Positions 63,233 through 64,000 of a stretch of DNA of 64,000 nucleotides are shown here, one piece after another; position 1 is the stretch's first letter, and the number at the start of each line of letters is the position of its first letter. The notes beneath the pieces were generated by a model that made no database searches, was not told the origin of the DNA, and saw only the letters and a program-made list of their open reading frames with translations. The DNA is from an uncultured Flavobacteriaceae bacterium (lineage in GTDB: Bacteria > Bacteroidota > Bacteroidia > Flavobacteriales > Flavobacteriaceae), in contig CAYGMB010000002.1 of NCBI GenBank assembly GCA_964350765.1, positions 22,774 through 86,773 of the forward strand, given 5' to 3'. The position numbers were made by a program, and so were the translations under genes.

Positions 63233-64000
63233 TTGAGAAAACTAAGTCAAAAAGAATTTTTAAAGAGGGCAGAAAAAGTACATGGAGATACTTATGACTA
63301 TTCTAAAACAAAATATGAAGCTATAAATAACAGAGTGATTATTATATGTAAAAAGCATGGAGATTTTACACAAACCCCTTCAAAACACCTTATGGGTAGA
63401 GGATGTTTTGAATGTGGAATAAAAAATACAAGAAGGCCTAAAAAGTGGACAATAGGAGATTTCAAAAAAGAAGCTCAAAGCATCCACCCTAATTTAATTT
63501 TTGATAAAACTATTTATAAAAATCCAAAGACAAAAGTAATATATGAATGTAGAATTCACGGAGTTCTTGAAAAATATCCATATAGTCTTTTAAAGGGGTG
63601 TGGTTGTAAGAGATGTTCTGCTACAGGAGCTAAAATAAATAAAAAAGATTGGATAGACAATTTCAATAAAATTCATAATAATAAATATGACTATTCGAAC
63701 ATAAAGGACGATATATTGTCAAGGGTAAAAATAACAATAAAATGCCCTTTTCATGGAATTTTTAAACAATTACCCTCACACCATAAAAATGGAGTTGGTT
63801 GTCCAAAATGTGCTAATGAAAAAACTTTTAACTTTTCTAATAGTATATGGAAAGATAATTCTAAAGAGTCTAAAAATTTTAATTCATTTAAGTTATATGT
63901 TATAAGGTGTTGGAATGATGAAGAGGAATTTTATAAAATTGGCAGAACTTTTCAAACTTTAAAAAATAGATTTAAAACAAAGTTTTATATGCCCTATGAT
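63233..64000 (+). CDS. homing-endonuclease-like protein: three zinc-ribbon repeats plus the start of a GIY-YIG-type domain (partial, runs off the right edge)
   Basis: Hand-translated open frame to the window end. Three repeats of [aromatic]-x3-A/F-x2-[IV]H-x3-YDYS ... C-x2-HG-x-F ... G-x-GC-x-x-C: VHGDTYDYS..CKKHGDFTQ..GRGCFECG, IHPNLIFD..CRIHGVLEK..GCGCKRCS, IHNNKYDYS..CPFHGIFKQ..GVGCPKCA. Then LYVIRCWNDEEEFYKIGRTFQTLKNRF. Confidence 0.6.
   Translation, partial: MRKLSQKEFLKRAEKVHGDTYDYSKTKYEAINNRVIIICKKHGDFTQTPSKHLMGRGCFECGIKNTRRPKKWTIGDFKKEAQSIHPNLIFDKTIYKNPKTKVIYECRIHGVLEKYPYSLLKGCGCKRCSATGAKINKKDWIDNFNKIHNNKYDYSNIKDDILSRVKITIKCPFHGIFKQLPSHHKNGVGCPKCANEKTFNFSNSIWKDNSKESKNFNSFKLYVIRCWNDEEEFYKIGRTFQTLKNRFKTKFYMPYD

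Noticed and set aside
1-64000. CRISPR arrays, tRNA/rRNA genes, integrase or attachment sites, transposase-bounded elements.
   Set aside because: No spacer-repeat periodicity, cloverleaf-capable sequences, rRNA-like stretches, tyrosine or serine recombinase motifs or long terminal inverted repeats were seen. Absence was judged by eye only.

Overview
The window is an AT-rich, almost gap-free slice of a virulent tailed dsDNA phage genome. I saw no integrase, tRNA, rRNA or CRISPR array.

Host: eleven exact matches and one near match to the Bacteroidetes sigma-A promoter consensus (-33 TTTG, 19-20 nt spacer, -7 TAnnTTTG) lie 7-28 nt upstream of start codons. With a DUF1573-like ORF, this points to a Bacteroidetes (Flavobacteriia-like) host.

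Layout:
- 1-8405, leftward arm: GroEL-family chaperonin, an SSB-like protein with a DDLPF tail, RecA, a Seg-like GIY-YIG endonuclease and many small unknown ORFs. Three paralogous about 170-230 bp intergenic elements lie at 5020-6234.
- 8406-9258, non-coding control region: an AT-rich core flanked by a long-range inverted repeat, two mutually overlapping face-to-face promoters, and a promoter-to-terminator unit for an about 170-nt ORF-less, pseudoknot-capable RNA.
- 9259-13365: small, mostly rightward genes, including a GroES-like candidate, a wHTH protein and the DUF1573-like protein.
- 13367-25936: packaging and head module (TTG-initiated 919-aa TerL, portal, scaffold, capsid, a 742-aa Ala/Thr-rich structural protein).
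- 26014-27896: lysis cassette (holin, M15 endolysin, Rz-like membrane protein, and an overlapping gene for a signal-peptide protein ending in an OMP beta-signal).
- 28147-37467: fibre and spike genes with shared modules.
- 37602-63201: virion module dominated by six giant ORFs of 695-2291 aa (vWA domain, tail-lysozyme domain, recurrent MQQGG motif).
- 63187-64000: promoter-equipped GIY-YIG homing-endonuclease gene, cut by the window edge.

All functional calls rest on motifs read by eye and on gene order. No database search, fold prediction or statistic was run. Most small ORFs remain hypothetical.
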